From contig OZ241917.1 in assembly GCA_965203805.1 (NCBI GenBank), positions 2,880,001 through 2,944,000 of the forward strand: DNA of 64,000 nucleotides, given 5' to 3'. The stretch's first letter is position 1. Each line of letters starts with the position of its first letter. The translations under genes and the position numbers were made by a program. The DNA is from Candidatus Latescibacterota bacterium (lineage in GTDB: Bacteria; Latescibacterota; UBA2968; GCA-2709665). The notes beneath the pieces were generated by a model. That model did no database searches. It was given only the letters and a program-made list of their open reading frames with translations, and was not told the origin of the DNA. Shown piece after piece: positions 38,068 to 47,815 of this stretch.

Positions 38068-40338
38068 ATGAACAGGAATATCGTAAGCGGGATTGCGCTC
38101 CTGGCTCTGGTGTTCAGCACCGCGGTACACGCGGAACTCCGGGTCCAGTCCCGTGCGAAAGTATGGGACATCTACTGGAACTCGGGCACCCAGGGTGTGC
38201 GCGCCGCCACGCCCATGAGCTGGTACCGGCCCGTCGGTATGGCGTATCCAGGCAGGTTCTGGGTGCAGTACCCACAGGAATTCATAGACTACTGGGGCAC
38301 CCGGACCTGGGGCGTCCGGTCCGAATGGGTGGTCTACTACAACGAATTGTGCGGCACCATGCCCGGCTGGAACCAGTTCATCGCCACACGGGTGGGCGGC
38401 GATTACCACGTTTCCGAATCCAAGGCCACGCTTGAATCGGAGGACGTGGTCCCCATGGCCTACGATCCTTCGCAGGGGCCGGAGAGCAATATCGGCTACC
38501 GGAAGGTGTCGCCCCTCGGTCCCGTGATGGCCAACTGGTGGGCGGGGCAGCCCGCGCCGGGACCCGGTTCGCCGGTAGAGATCCACAACTACCGGTACAG
38601 CGAATACATGGAGGCCGACAAGGACAATTTTCCGGAGAGCATTATCGTCAGCAAGTGGACGACGAAGAACGGCATCACGGTAACGAAGAAGTCTTACGCG
38701 TGGAGCTACCCGGACTTCGACGACTTCCAGATTCTGGAATATACGTTCGAGAATACCGGAGATTCCGACGGTGACGGTGTGGCGGACCTCGGCGGCGGCG
38801 GGCTGCAGCTGAACGATACGTTTCTGATTTTCTCCACGCGCTTTTACGCCTCCCAGTGCGGCCAGGCCCACTATGCGGGGGATTCGTTCTTCCGGCGCAC
38901 CATTCCGATCGCGCTGGACGATTGGTACAAATATACGGAAGCGGCCAACTTCGACGGACCGGGAGATGCGTTGGGGCTCAAGATGTGGTACGCCTTCGAC
39001 GGGGAGAATCCCGACCTGCCGGGAAACGACATCGGCAAACCGTATAGCGAGGAACGCGCAAACTCAAGCTGGCACCAGTGCTGTCTCAAGCAGACGAAGA
39101 TCGAGGGGGAGATGGGGGCCTTCCAGTACATCGGCGCCGCCCCGCTGGCCTACACGCCCGGGATGGTCAACGATGCTTCGACCTTTACGTTCGACACCGG
39201 CGGAGACGCGAGCTTTATCGAGCCCCGGGTGGCCGACCAGCCTCATACCGTCAAGTGGTGGGACTACAGGGACCGAACCGATTTTTCGGAACCCGGTTCC
39301 GAGAACAGGAGTTCCGAGCAGATCTACAACGAACTGACGAGTCCCGCGCCATTCATCATGGACAATCCCACCACGATTGACGGGCTCGTCGCTTCCTTCG
39401 CCTATGGGCCCTACGACATGGCCCCCGGAGACAAGGTGAGAATCGTCTATGCCCTGGTGGCGGCCGCGCCGGTGGAGGAAAATATCTACGGATGGGCCAA
39501 GCAGAGCCGACAGGAAGATATGTTGTCGGACAAGCCCATGAACAACCTGCTCAAACACCATAAGGCCGCCGCCGACGCTTTCAGGTGGAACTACGATTTG
39601 CCCGATCCCCCGCCTGACGTAAAGACGGAGGTGACCGCTTCAGTCGACGGATTCAACCTGATCAAGTGGACCGACGCGGGCGACAACGCGACCGACCCGG
39701 ACTACACGGGCGCGGAGGCGCAGGATATCGTGGGCTACCGGGCCTACCGCTCGGACTACAAGATCGACGACTGGAAGCTGATGGCCGATATTCCGCTGAA
39801 GGACCCGGAATACTATAGCGGCGGCACCTACCAGATCGAAGACCGGAAGTCCGTTGCGGGTTTCGAGTACACCTACCGGGTGGCCGCCTATGACTCCGGG
39901 CACGACGACTGGAACGGTACCGGGATGGCCATTCCGTCCATGGAGGGTGGAAACAGCGCGCCCGAGCAGTGGGCGGGCGGTGTCATGACCAGCGTACCCT
40001 TCGTGCCGGCCAACGCGTCGGCCGACCAGTTGGCACGGGACGTGATCGTCGTCCCCAATCCGCACAAGGTGGACGGCGCCCATAACTATCCTTCGGCGGG
40101 GTTGATACGGTTTACGAATATCCCGCAGAAGTGCACGATCCGGATCTACACCGTGGCGGGCGAGCTTGCCGCCCTGATTGAACATGAAGACCCCGCCCGG
40201 GGCGAAGCCGGGTGGAACCAGATCCCCCATTCGCGCGGCGGGGACGTGCCCGCCGGCGTCTATTACTGGATCGTCGAATCCCAGATGCCGGGGAGCGCCG
40301 GCCAGACGCAGCGGGGAACGTTGATGATCATCAAGTAG
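38068..40338 (+). CDS. Secreted protein with FN3-like region and T9SS-type C-terminal domain
   Basis: Signal peptide; PDPPP..GYRAYRS; VVPNP..IRFTNIP..IRIYTVAGEL..GVYYW..LMIIK. Confidence 0.8.
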   Translation: MNRNIVSGIALLALVFSTAVHAELRVQSRAKVWDIYWNSGTQGVRAATPMSWYRPVGMAYPGRFWVQYPQEFIDYWGTRTWGVRSEWVVYYNELCGTMPGWNQFIATRVGGDYHVSESKATLESEDVVPMAYDPSQGPESNIGYRKVSPLGPVMANWWAGQPAPGPGSPVEIHNYRYSEYMEADKDNFPESIIVSKWTTKNGITVTKKSYAWSYPDFDDFQILEYTFENTGDSDGDGVADLGGGGLQLNDTFLIFSTRFYASQCGQAHYAGDSFFRRTIPIALDDWYKYTEAANFDGPGDALGLKMWYAFDGENPDLPGNDIGKPYSEERANSSWHQCCLKQTKIEGEMGAFQYIGAAPLAYTPGMVNDASTFTFDTGGDASFIEPRVADQPHTVKWWDYRDRTDFSEPGSENRSSEQIYNELTSPAPFIMDNPTTIDGLVASFAYGPYDMAPGDKVRIVYALVAAAPVEENIYGWAKQSRQEDMLSDKPMNNLLKHHKAAADAFRWNYDLPDPPPDVKTEVTASVDGFNLIKWTDAGDNATDPDYTGAEAQDIVGYRAYRSDYKIDDWKLMADIPLKDPEYYSGGTYQIEDRKSVAGFEYTYRVAAYDSGHDDWNGTGMAIPSMEGGNSAPEQWAGGVMTSVPFVPANASADQLARDVIVVPNPHKVDGAHNYPSAGLIRFTNIPQKCTIRIYTVAGELAALIEHEDPARGEAGWNQIPHSRGGDVPAGVYYWIVESQMPGSAGQTQRGTLMIIK

Positions 40339-40397
40339 GGGCAGACCTCTATTTCTGCTCGGCTCAGGTCCATATTGAAATACAAGGAGATGACGCA

Positions 40398-41351
40398 ATG
40401 AAACGGACGTTGTGGATCGGACTGACAGCGGCGGTGATCTGCGCCCTGCTCTGCCCGCGGGGGGCGGATGCCCAGGACCAGCGGCGGCTTGCGCGGATGG
40501 TTCTCCCTGTTCTGAAGATCGATCATGGAGCACGAATGGCAGGTATGGGCGGTGCGTTCGTGGCCGTATCGGACAATATCGATGCAATCTTTTCGAATCC
40601 GGCGGGTCTCACGCATATCGAGCGCGGCGCGTTTACGCTCGGATACACCCGGTGGCTGATGGGCGACCCCATCCTTACGGGCGGTATGGCCTACAACACG
40701 GCGTACGGCGTTCTGGGCATTAACGTGGTTACCTTCAGCCCCCACGAGTTCGAAGAGACGACCATTTTCCAGCCCACCGGGACCGGACGGAACCCCGATA
40801 TGGGCGATCTCTCGCTGGGCGTGGTCTACGCCAGGAAACTGACGGACAAACTCTCCGTCGGCTCAATGTTCCGCTGGACGCAACAAACGCTGGATACCGA
40901 CCGGCTGACCGCGTTCGACGTGGGCGTATCCACCTTTTTCTACACCGGTTTCAGAAGCCTGCGTCTCGGCATGACGTTTGAGAACATGGGCAAGGACGTC
41001 AAGGTGATCGATGACGTCAGAAAGATGCCGGTTTCCTTCAGCACGGCCGCGGCAATGGAGATTGTCGGCGCCGTGGGCGACCCAACCTATATCACGGCGA
41101 CCTTTGAAAACACGTACGCCACGGATTTCGCAGACCCGCAGTACCGGTTCGGCGGCGAACTCTGGCTTCAGAACAACTTTGCCCTCCGGGCGGGCTACAA
41201 GGCGAACTTCGACGAAGAGTCCTGGACGGCCGGGGCTGGGTTGAAGTTCTCGATGCCGAACGGACGGGTGGTGCAGGCCGACGTCGCGTACAGCGACTTT
41301 GGCGCATACCTGGATGCCCCGTTGCGGTTCACGCTGAGCGGCGCGTTCTGA
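40398..41351 (+). CDS. PorV/PorQ family outer-membrane protein
   Basis: LKI..GARMAGMGGAFVA..AIFSNPAGL, LRAGY, terminal F. Confidence 0.88.
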   Translation: MKRTLWIGLTAAVICALLCPRGADAQDQRRLARMVLPVLKIDHGARMAGMGGAFVAVSDNIDAIFSNPAGLTHIERGAFTLGYTRWLMGDPILTGGMAYNTAYGVLGINVVTFSPHEFEETTIFQPTGTGRNPDMGDLSLGVVYARKLTDKLSVGSMFRWTQQTLDTDRLTAFDVGVSTFFYTGFRSLRLGMTFENMGKDVKVIDDVRKMPVSFSTAAAMEIVGAVGDPTYITATFENTYATDFADPQYRFGGELWLQNNFALRAGYKANFDEESWTAGAGLKFSMPNGRVVQADVAYSDFGAYLDAPLRFTLSGAF

Positions 41352-41377
41352 GGCTTCAGGCGTAATCGTTAAGGAAG

Positions 41378-41414
41378 AGAAATGGCGGTCCCCCGGGATT
41401 GCCATTTCTTTTTA
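41378..41414 (+). terminator. Intrinsic terminator
   Basis: AGAAATGGCGGTCCC/GGGATTGCCATTTCT hairpin plus T-tract. Confidence 0.8.
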
Positions 41415-41603
41415 TGACGCTACTTAAAAACGGAAATGCGAATCAGATTGCCCAGGGTGATGTCGTGCAGTCTACCGGCGTTCTGATTTTTCGCTATGGC
41501 CCGGAAGAGTGGACATTTATCGTGGTTTTGGTTTTTATCCTGTCTATCCAAGTAAGTTTGGGACTTTGAACTAAAGAGGTTAAGTGGCGGTCGGGAGCGA
41601 GCC

Positions 41604-42818
41604 GTGGGTCGATTTCGAAAGATATGCCTGAAGTGCAACGCGCATCAGGACGATGCCGCGGCCCTGAACTGCTCCGTGTGCGCAGGACCCCTGGGGTTTC
41701 GATACAGCTATCGCGACGTACGCTGGGACGATCGTTTCGAAGGCTCGATGTGGCGCTACTGGCCCCTGCTTCCGGTTGACGGCCCCAACGGGGCTGTCAC
41801 CCTGGGCGAAGGCGGCACGCCACTGCTGCCCGCACAGAGCTTCGGCCGACGTCAGGTCTACCTGAAGGACGAGACCCGCAACCCCACGGGATCCCACAAG
41901 GACCGTTCGCTCTCGGTCGCGATCACACATGCGAAGGCCGTGGGCGCGGACGTCTCCGTCATTGTATCGACGGGCAGCGCGGGCATCTCGAACGCCGCCC
42001 TGGCGGCCAGGGCCGGAATGCGCAGTGTGGTCGTGATGACGGAAGGAACGCCGCCGGAACGGCTCTATCCCATGTTCGGCCTCGGCGCCGTGCTGCTCGA
42101 GGTGAGTGCGCAGATCGACCCGATCGTGGAGGGGGTCATTTCCGTCTGTCGGGCGCACGGACTCTATCTGAGCACCACCAGCAGGGAATCCAATCCGTAC
42201 CAGTCCGAAGGGAACAAGACCATCGCCTTCGAGATCGTGGAGGAACTGGGGCGGGCGCCGGACTGGGTGGTGGTTCCCGTGGGTGGCGGCGGTACGGTTT
42301 CGGGGGTCTGGCGCGGATTCCGGGAGTGCCGGGCGCTTGGGCTGATTGACGCCCTGCCCCGAATGGTTGGCGTGGTCCCGCGAGACTATAACGCGCTGGA
42401 GGCGGCCTTCGAACGCGGGCTGGAACAGTGGGAAGACGTGCTGGCGCTGCCTTATGACAACCTGCCGCCTTCCATTCTGGTGAAGCTTGCCCACAGCTAC
42501 CCCCCGGACGGCATGGAAGCTCTTCGGGCCATTCGTTCGTCGAAGGGGTTTTTTATTTCCGTTACAGACGACGAGGCACTGGCCGCCCAGGAGGCCTGCG
42601 GACGGCGGGAAGGATTGTTCGTGGAGCCGTCAACGGGCGCATGCCTGGCCGGAACCACCCGCCTGACGGACTCGGGGCAGGTCCGTCCGGAAGACGTCGT
42701 CGTCGCCATCGTCAGCGGTTCCGGCTACCGGGAAACGGCCTGTACGATGGACTCGCGCCCGCTGCGTAAACAGTCCGTTTCGCTCGAGGAACTATCAGGA
42801 GCCCTGTCGGGATCTTAG
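41604..42818 (+). CDS. Threonine-synthase-like PLP enzyme (fold type II)
   Basis: CxxC..CxxC, LGEGGTPL, NPTGSHKDR, PVGGGG, VEPS. Confidence 0.85.
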   Translation: MGRFRKICLKCNAHQDDAAALNCSVCAGPLGFRYSYRDVRWDDRFEGSMWRYWPLLPVDGPNGAVTLGEGGTPLLPAQSFGRRQVYLKDETRNPTGSHKDRSLSVAITHAKAVGADVSVIVSTGSAGISNAALAARAGMRSVVVMTEGTPPERLYPMFGLGAVLLEVSAQIDPIVEGVISVCRAHGLYLSTTSRESNPYQSEGNKTIAFEIVEELGRAPDWVVVPVGGGGTVSGVWRGFRECRALGLIDALPRMVGVVPRDYNALEAAFERGLEQWEDVLALPYDNLPPSILVKLAHSYPPDGMEALRAIRSSKGFFISVTDDEALAAQEACGRREGLFVEPSTGACLAGTTRLTDSGQVRPEDVVVAIVSGSGYRETACTMDSRPLRKQSVSLEELSGALSGS

Positions 42819-42830
42819 GGGATCGAATCT

Positions 42831-43853
42831 ATGTCCATGCATCTGATGAAATGGCAGCGGCGGGAAGATCCGATCCTGTCCGCACTGACGACCAAGCAGG
42901 ACTGGAGCCGGGTTGAACTCTACAACCCGACGGTGCTCCGCGTCGCGGACAGGTACATGATGTGGTACATCGCACACGGTACCGCCACCCGTACAGACGA
43001 TTCGGTCGTGGGCTTTGCCGAATCGGACGACGGGATCCACTGGAACGAGCACCCGGACAACCCCATTCTCACACGCGACGATCTGCCCGCCTGCGACGCC
43101 TGGCAGACGCCCCACGTAATCTTCGACGCGGACGAGCGCCTGTTCAAGATGTGGTTCATCATGTCGACCGTTGTCCGGGGCGGGCCCACCTGGCTCGTGA
43201 GCTTCGCGCAGCAACTGGGGTATGCCACCAGCCGCGACGGGCTGAAATGGGACGTACACCCCGAGCCGATCTATCACAGCGGGCGACGTCCCTGCGTGAT
43301 CAAGGACGGTCCTGGCGCTTACCGGATGTGGATGAACTCATCCCCAACGCCCGACGGGAGTTTTGACGATCTGGTTCATCATATCTATCGCTTCTCATCC
43401 ACGGACGGCCTCCGCTGGACGCGCGACCCGGAACCCGCCGTGAGCTACGACGAAAAGCTCCGGGGAACGGTCTATCCGTTCGTCATGCGGGACGACGACG
43501 GATACACCATGTGGTACGGGGCCTGGCCCGCCGAAGGCGAAGTGCTGATTGACGCGGGCGCCGAGACGCCGCTGGTCCGCCCCGTGTTCGAGATCTACTG
43601 CTCCACGTCGGCCGACGGCATGAACTGGACTCACCACCATGACACCCCCGCACTGCCGGCAACGCGCGACCCGGTTGACTACGACGGACGGTATACGTCC
43701 ACGCCGTGCGTCGTCGACGGCGGGGACCGCTATCTGATGTACTATTCCGCAAGGGACTGGGGTACCCTCTATAGAACGGGAGCTGACACGCTGGGCATCG
43801 ATAGGGCCGGAATCTACCGCCACATCGGCGTGGCCGTGTGCCCCAAGACTTGA
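42831..43853 (+). CDS. Five-bladed beta-propeller glycosidase-like protein
   Basis: Repeats of P.V..YxMWY..SxDGxxW. Confidence 0.8.
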   Translation: MSMHLMKWQRREDPILSALTTKQDWSRVELYNPTVLRVADRYMMWYIAHGTATRTDDSVVGFAESDDGIHWNEHPDNPILTRDDLPACDAWQTPHVIFDADERLFKMWFIMSTVVRGGPTWLVSFAQQLGYATSRDGLKWDVHPEPIYHSGRRPCVIKDGPGAYRMWMNSSPTPDGSFDDLVHHIYRFSSTDGLRWTRDPEPAVSYDEKLRGTVYPFVMRDDDGYTMWYGAWPAEGEVLIDAGAETPLVRPVFEIYCSTSADGMNWTHHHDTPALPATRDPVDYDGRYTSTPCVVDGGDRYLMYYSARDWGTLYRTGADTLGIDRAGIYRHIGVAVCPKT

Positions 43854-43879
43854 CATGTCGCCCATAACGAGGAGAACGA

Positions 43880-45892
43880 GTGGAAGGCGCTCAAGCCCGA
43901 AGGCTGTGGAATCGGACCGACCCGCAACAGCACGCGTCTTCGGAGGATCATCCCGGGTCTTCAAAGGACGGTCTGACGTTGCGGGCTTTCCTGATCGGGC
44001 TTGGACTCTGCGTGTTCCTGGGTGTCGCGCTTACGCACAACCGGATGGTCGTCCAGGGGCCCTTCATGGGCAATTACTTCATGGACCGGGGCGTGCTGTT
44101 CGTTTTCTTCGTCCTCGTTCTGGCCGTAAACCCCCTGGCCGGGGCCCTGAGGCGCCGGTTTGCGCTGGGGCGGGGCGAGTTGCTGGCCATCTACGTGATG
44201 TTGCTGTTTCTGATGCCGGCATGGAAGATGGCCAAGGCCCTGCTGGGCTTCATGACGGGCGTGACCTACTATGCTTCGCCGGAAATGCGCCACCTGGAAG
44301 CCGTGTTGCCGTATGCCCTTCCCTGGCTGTCGATCCTGGATACGGGCGCCGTAAGGGGGCTGTACGACGGTCTTCCCGCCGGGGACCCGGTGCCCTGGTG
44401 GGCATGGGTGGTTCCCATGTGGAGTTGGGGGTCGTTCCTGGTCGTACTCTACATCGTGCTCGTCTGCCTGGCCGTCCTGATGAGAAAGCAGTGGGAGGAG
44501 CACGAACGATTCGCGTTTCCCATCATGCAGGTCCCGCTGGAGATGAGCGAGGCGGGCGCGCGAAGGGTGGGTCCTCTGTTCCGCAGCAGGGTGATGTGGG
44601 GGGGAGTCGCGGTTCCGTTTCTGATCGGAATGTTGAACGGCCTTCAGCGGTACTACTATTCGCTTCCGCGGATTCCTCTGAGAACCGTGATCTGGATCTT
44701 CCGACGGGCGATCCCATTGCATATCGGCCTGCACTTTGCGATTTTTGGGTACTCGTATTTCGTGAATACGGACGTAAGCCTGAGCATCTGGCTGTTCAAC
44801 GTCATCGCCAAATGCGTCAGCGGAACTCTGGCCATCGTCGGGGCGGAAACCTACGGCGTCTCCGGGGTTGTGGGACGGCACAGTTCGCAGGGATCGGCAT
44901 TCCTGGCGATGATGGGCATGGGCTATATGCTCGGCCTGGCGGGGTACAGTCTGTGGATCGCGAGGGGACACCTGCGGCAGGTGTGGGCCAGGGCGACGGG
45001 CAGACCTTCGCGCCTGGACGATTCGGAAGAGGTGATCCCATACCGCTCCGCCGTGGCCGGCATCGTTGCGGGGTCACTCTATCTCGGATGCTGGCTCTTT
45101 CAGGCGGGCATCTCTCCCCATCTCGTCCTGCTGCTGGGCTTCTTCTGCTTTGTCGTGTTTCTCGTTCTCGCCCGCATCGTGAGCGAGACCGGATATTCCG
45201 TCACCTATTCCCCGCTCAACCCGTCGGAATTCGTGGTGTGCGCGGTGGGCTCAGCGGCGTTCGGACCCACGGGGCTGACTTCTCTCGGCGTTGGCTTCGC
45301 CTGGACGATGACCCGGCTGAACACGCTGATGCCCCGGGCCTCGGGCGCGCTGAGACTGGCACGGGAGATCGGACGCAAGCGGGGGCTGGTCCTGGCGATG
45401 GGCGCAGCGCTTGCGGCGGGCCTCGTCACCGCAGGCTATACGACGCTTCAATTGGGATACGAACACGGCGGCCGCAACCTGGATTACTGGTTCAGAGACG
45501 TCAACGATTGCGCGCTGCCGTTCGACGAATACATCGGCCGCCGGCTGCTCTCGCCCACTCCGGTCTTCTACCCCGGATTTCTGTACACGGCGCTGGGCGC
45601 CGGCGTTGTCGTCGCTCTGATGTCGCTCCGGTCGCGGCTCCCCTGGTGGCCGCTGCACCCGGTGGCGCTTCCGGTAAGCACGATCGCCTATACGCACCAT
45701 TACTTCTTCAGCGTGTTTCTCGCCTGGGGAATCAAGGCGCTCGTGCTGCGGTTCGGAGGCGCCAATCTGTACAGGATGACCCGGCCGTTTTTCATGGGAA
45801 TCATTCTGGGCGAGGCGGTCTGCCTGGGCATGTGGATCGTTATCGACAGCATAACGGGGAAAGTGGGCGGAATCTGGATCCTGCAACCCTAA
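43880..45892 (+). CDS. Polytopic membrane protein, DUF6785/DUF6784-type putative transporter
   Basis: LTLRAFLIG, RKQWEEHERFAFP, PWWPLHPV, RPFFMG.ILGE; many TM helices. Confidence 0.82.
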   Translation: MEGAQARRLWNRTDPQQHASSEDHPGSSKDGLTLRAFLIGLGLCVFLGVALTHNRMVVQGPFMGNYFMDRGVLFVFFVLVLAVNPLAGALRRRFALGRGELLAIYVMLLFLMPAWKMAKALLGFMTGVTYYASPEMRHLEAVLPYALPWLSILDTGAVRGLYDGLPAGDPVPWWAWVVPMWSWGSFLVVLYIVLVCLAVLMRKQWEEHERFAFPIMQVPLEMSEAGARRVGPLFRSRVMWGGVAVPFLIGMLNGLQRYYYSLPRIPLRTVIWIFRRAIPLHIGLHFAIFGYSYFVNTDVSLSIWLFNVIAKCVSGTLAIVGAETYGVSGVVGRHSSQGSAFLAMMGMGYMLGLAGYSLWIARGHLRQVWARATGRPSRLDDSEEVIPYRSAVAGIVAGSLYLGCWLFQAGISPHLVLLLGFFCFVVFLVLARIVSETGYSVTYSPLNPSEFVVCAVGSAAFGPTGLTSLGVGFAWTMTRLNTLMPRASGALRLAREIGRKRGLVLAMGAALAAGLVTAGYTTLQLGYEHGGRNLDYWFRDVNDCALPFDEYIGRRLLSPTPVFYPGFLYTALGAGVVVALMSLRSRLPWWPLHPVALPVSTIAYTHHYFFSVFLAWGIKALVLRFGGANLYRMTRPFFMGIILGEAVCLGMWIVIDSITGKVGGIWILQP

Positions 45893-45968
45893 CCGTAACC
45901 GGACCGGGGTGCGGGCATTGAATCAGGCTGAGTGAGGTCGGTCAGCCCACGGAAAGAGAGTTGCAGAC

Positions 45969-46796
45969 ATGGAAGCGGGAACTGACGTGGACGAACTGAT
46001 GCAAGGCAAACTGAATCAGATGCGCGTCAATGGCTGGTGTGTCGTCGAGGACGTCATTCCCAGGGAACGGGTCGAGGCGGTGAGAACGCACGTTATGGAT
46101 GCCGTGCATCGGCACGCGAACGCCGAAACGCTCGAGGACAAGGGCATCGGGCACGTCTCCGGCTTTGTCGCGCGCGAGCAGTCATTCGCGCCTTATGTGG
46201 CGGATTCCGGGGTCATGGGCGTCGTCGAGGGCATGCTGGGCGAACACGTCCGGATTTCTTTCACGACCGCAACGGTCAACTTTCCCGGTAACCCGCGCGG
46301 CGGGTGGCACGCGGACTGGCCCTTCAACCAGAACAACGCCGGACATATCTCCGCACCCTATCCCGATGCGGTGATGCACCTTACCACACTATGGATGCTC
46401 TCCCCCTTCAGCGCGAAGAACGGCGGGACCCTCATTCTTCCCGGCAGCCACCGTTCCACGAACAATCCCAGCGGGGGAAACGGATTCGACCCGCTCGGCG
46501 CGATTCCCGGCGAATGCAACGCGGAAGGCGAAGCGGGAAGCGTGCTGATGCTGGACAGCCGGCTCTGGCACGCCTCGGCCCCCAACCTTTCCGGCGAACC
46601 GCGTGTGTCGGTCGTGATTCGCTACGCCCCCTGGTGGCTCGATACAAGTGTCCTGATGCCCGGGTCCGAAGAGCGGAAACTGATGCTGGAAGCAACGGGG
46701 CTGAATTCGCCCGAAGTCCCGGCCGTTCCGCGGGAAGTCTATGATACGATGCCCGAAAGGGTGAAGCCCCTTTTCCGGCACTGGGTCCGGTCGTAG
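45969..46796 (+). CDS. Phytanoyl-CoA dioxygenase (PhyH) family
   Basis: WHADWP, NGGT.ILPGSH, D.RLWH. Confidence 0.9.
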   Translation: MEAGTDVDELMQGKLNQMRVNGWCVVEDVIPRERVEAVRTHVMDAVHRHANAETLEDKGIGHVSGFVAREQSFAPYVADSGVMGVVEGMLGEHVRISFTTATVNFPGNPRGGWHADWPFNQNNAGHISAPYPDAVMHLTTLWMLSPFSAKNGGTLILPGSHRSTNNPSGGNGFDPLGAIPGECNAEGEAGSVLMLDSRLWHASAPNLSGEPRVSVVIRYAPWWLDTSVLMPGSEERKLMLEATGLNSPEVPAVPREVYDTMPERVKPLFRHWVRS

Positions 46797-46846
46797 GGAC
46801 GGGCCTCTTGTCGAAACGTGTCGATCCTGTCCGGAGGTGCGCAAAA

Positions 46847-47800
46847 ATGGCCGAGACCGCAACAAAAACCGAATATACCGCGCCGAATCCCGGGTTCGGA
46901 TTCTCGGATGTGCCGCAGACCGAATTCGATTTTCCGTTCCCGGCCCTGACGCTGGAACAGCGGATGCGGTTCGAGCTGTTCGGATACACGATCGTCGAGG
47001 ATCTGTTTACCGAACAGGAACTGGAGTCCATCGAAGCGTCAGCCAACAGATTGAAGGCGGAAATCCTGGACGCGGCCGGCGACGTCGAGATCACGCCGCC
47101 GCCGCCGCCGAAAAAATACGTAGACTTCCGGGACGGTGCGATGTGGCGGGCGAACCGGAGAAGGACGGCTTCGGGCGACCTTCACCTGGAACGCCTGGAG
47201 ATCGAGAACGTGCTGGGGCTGGACCCCATCTACCTGTCGGTGCTGACCAGGCCGCGCGTCCTGGGGGTTGCCACGGAACTGCTGGGCGGGACGTTTCGAT
47301 TCCACCAGGTCGCCGTCCGCTTCAACCGGCGTTCCGAAACTCCCGTTCTGGGATGGCACGGCGGGGTGACCCGGCACAAGGACCGAGCGGTCCGCAAAAA
47401 CGGATGGTTCCATACGCAGATCCTCGGCCTGATTCTCTACCTTACGGACGTGGGCCCGGGTGACGGCGGTACCGGGATCTTCGCGGGAAGTCACAGACTC
47501 GACCTCTCCTACGACGATTTGAAGCAGTACATCACGGACCATCCGGACTCCGAGTTCTTCCACCAGACCACGGCGAAGCGCGGCGCCGCGCTGCTGTTTG
47601 CCGACGGCCCGCTGATGCACCGGACCATCAACATCGAGACGGACAAGGAACGGCTTATCATGCTCTCGCGGATTGTCCATTCAGACTATGAGTTCGGCGG
47701 CATGGAGTCGCTGGGGCAGACCGACCACGTACCGCACGAGCTCATGCCGCTGTTCTATGGACGGGCGTTCACACCCAGATATCGACCCCGCGGCGAATAA
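46847..47800 (+). CDS. PhyH-family dioxygenase, divergent (WHGG in place of HxD)
   Basis: FELFGY, YLTDVGPGDGGT..AGSH, LMH. Confidence 0.85.
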   Translation: MAETATKTEYTAPNPGFGFSDVPQTEFDFPFPALTLEQRMRFELFGYTIVEDLFTEQELESIEASANRLKAEILDAAGDVEITPPPPPKKYVDFRDGAMWRANRRRTASGDLHLERLEIENVLGLDPIYLSVLTRPRVLGVATELLGGTFRFHQVAVRFNRRSETPVLGWHGGVTRHKDRAVRKNGWFHTQILGLILYLTDVGPGDGGTGIFAGSHRLDLSYDDLKQYITDHPDSEFFHQTTAKRGAALLFADGPLMHRTINIETDKERLIMLSRIVHSDYEFGGMESLGQTDHVPHELMPLFYGRAFTPRYRPRGE

Positions 47801-47815
47801 GACAGGGAGGAAGCA

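Noticed and set aside
43855-45921. 688-aa ORF overlapping the membrane protein in another frame
   Set aside because: Arg/Gly/Pro-rich shadow frame of high-GC DNA; the 670-aa frame has coherent TM motifs
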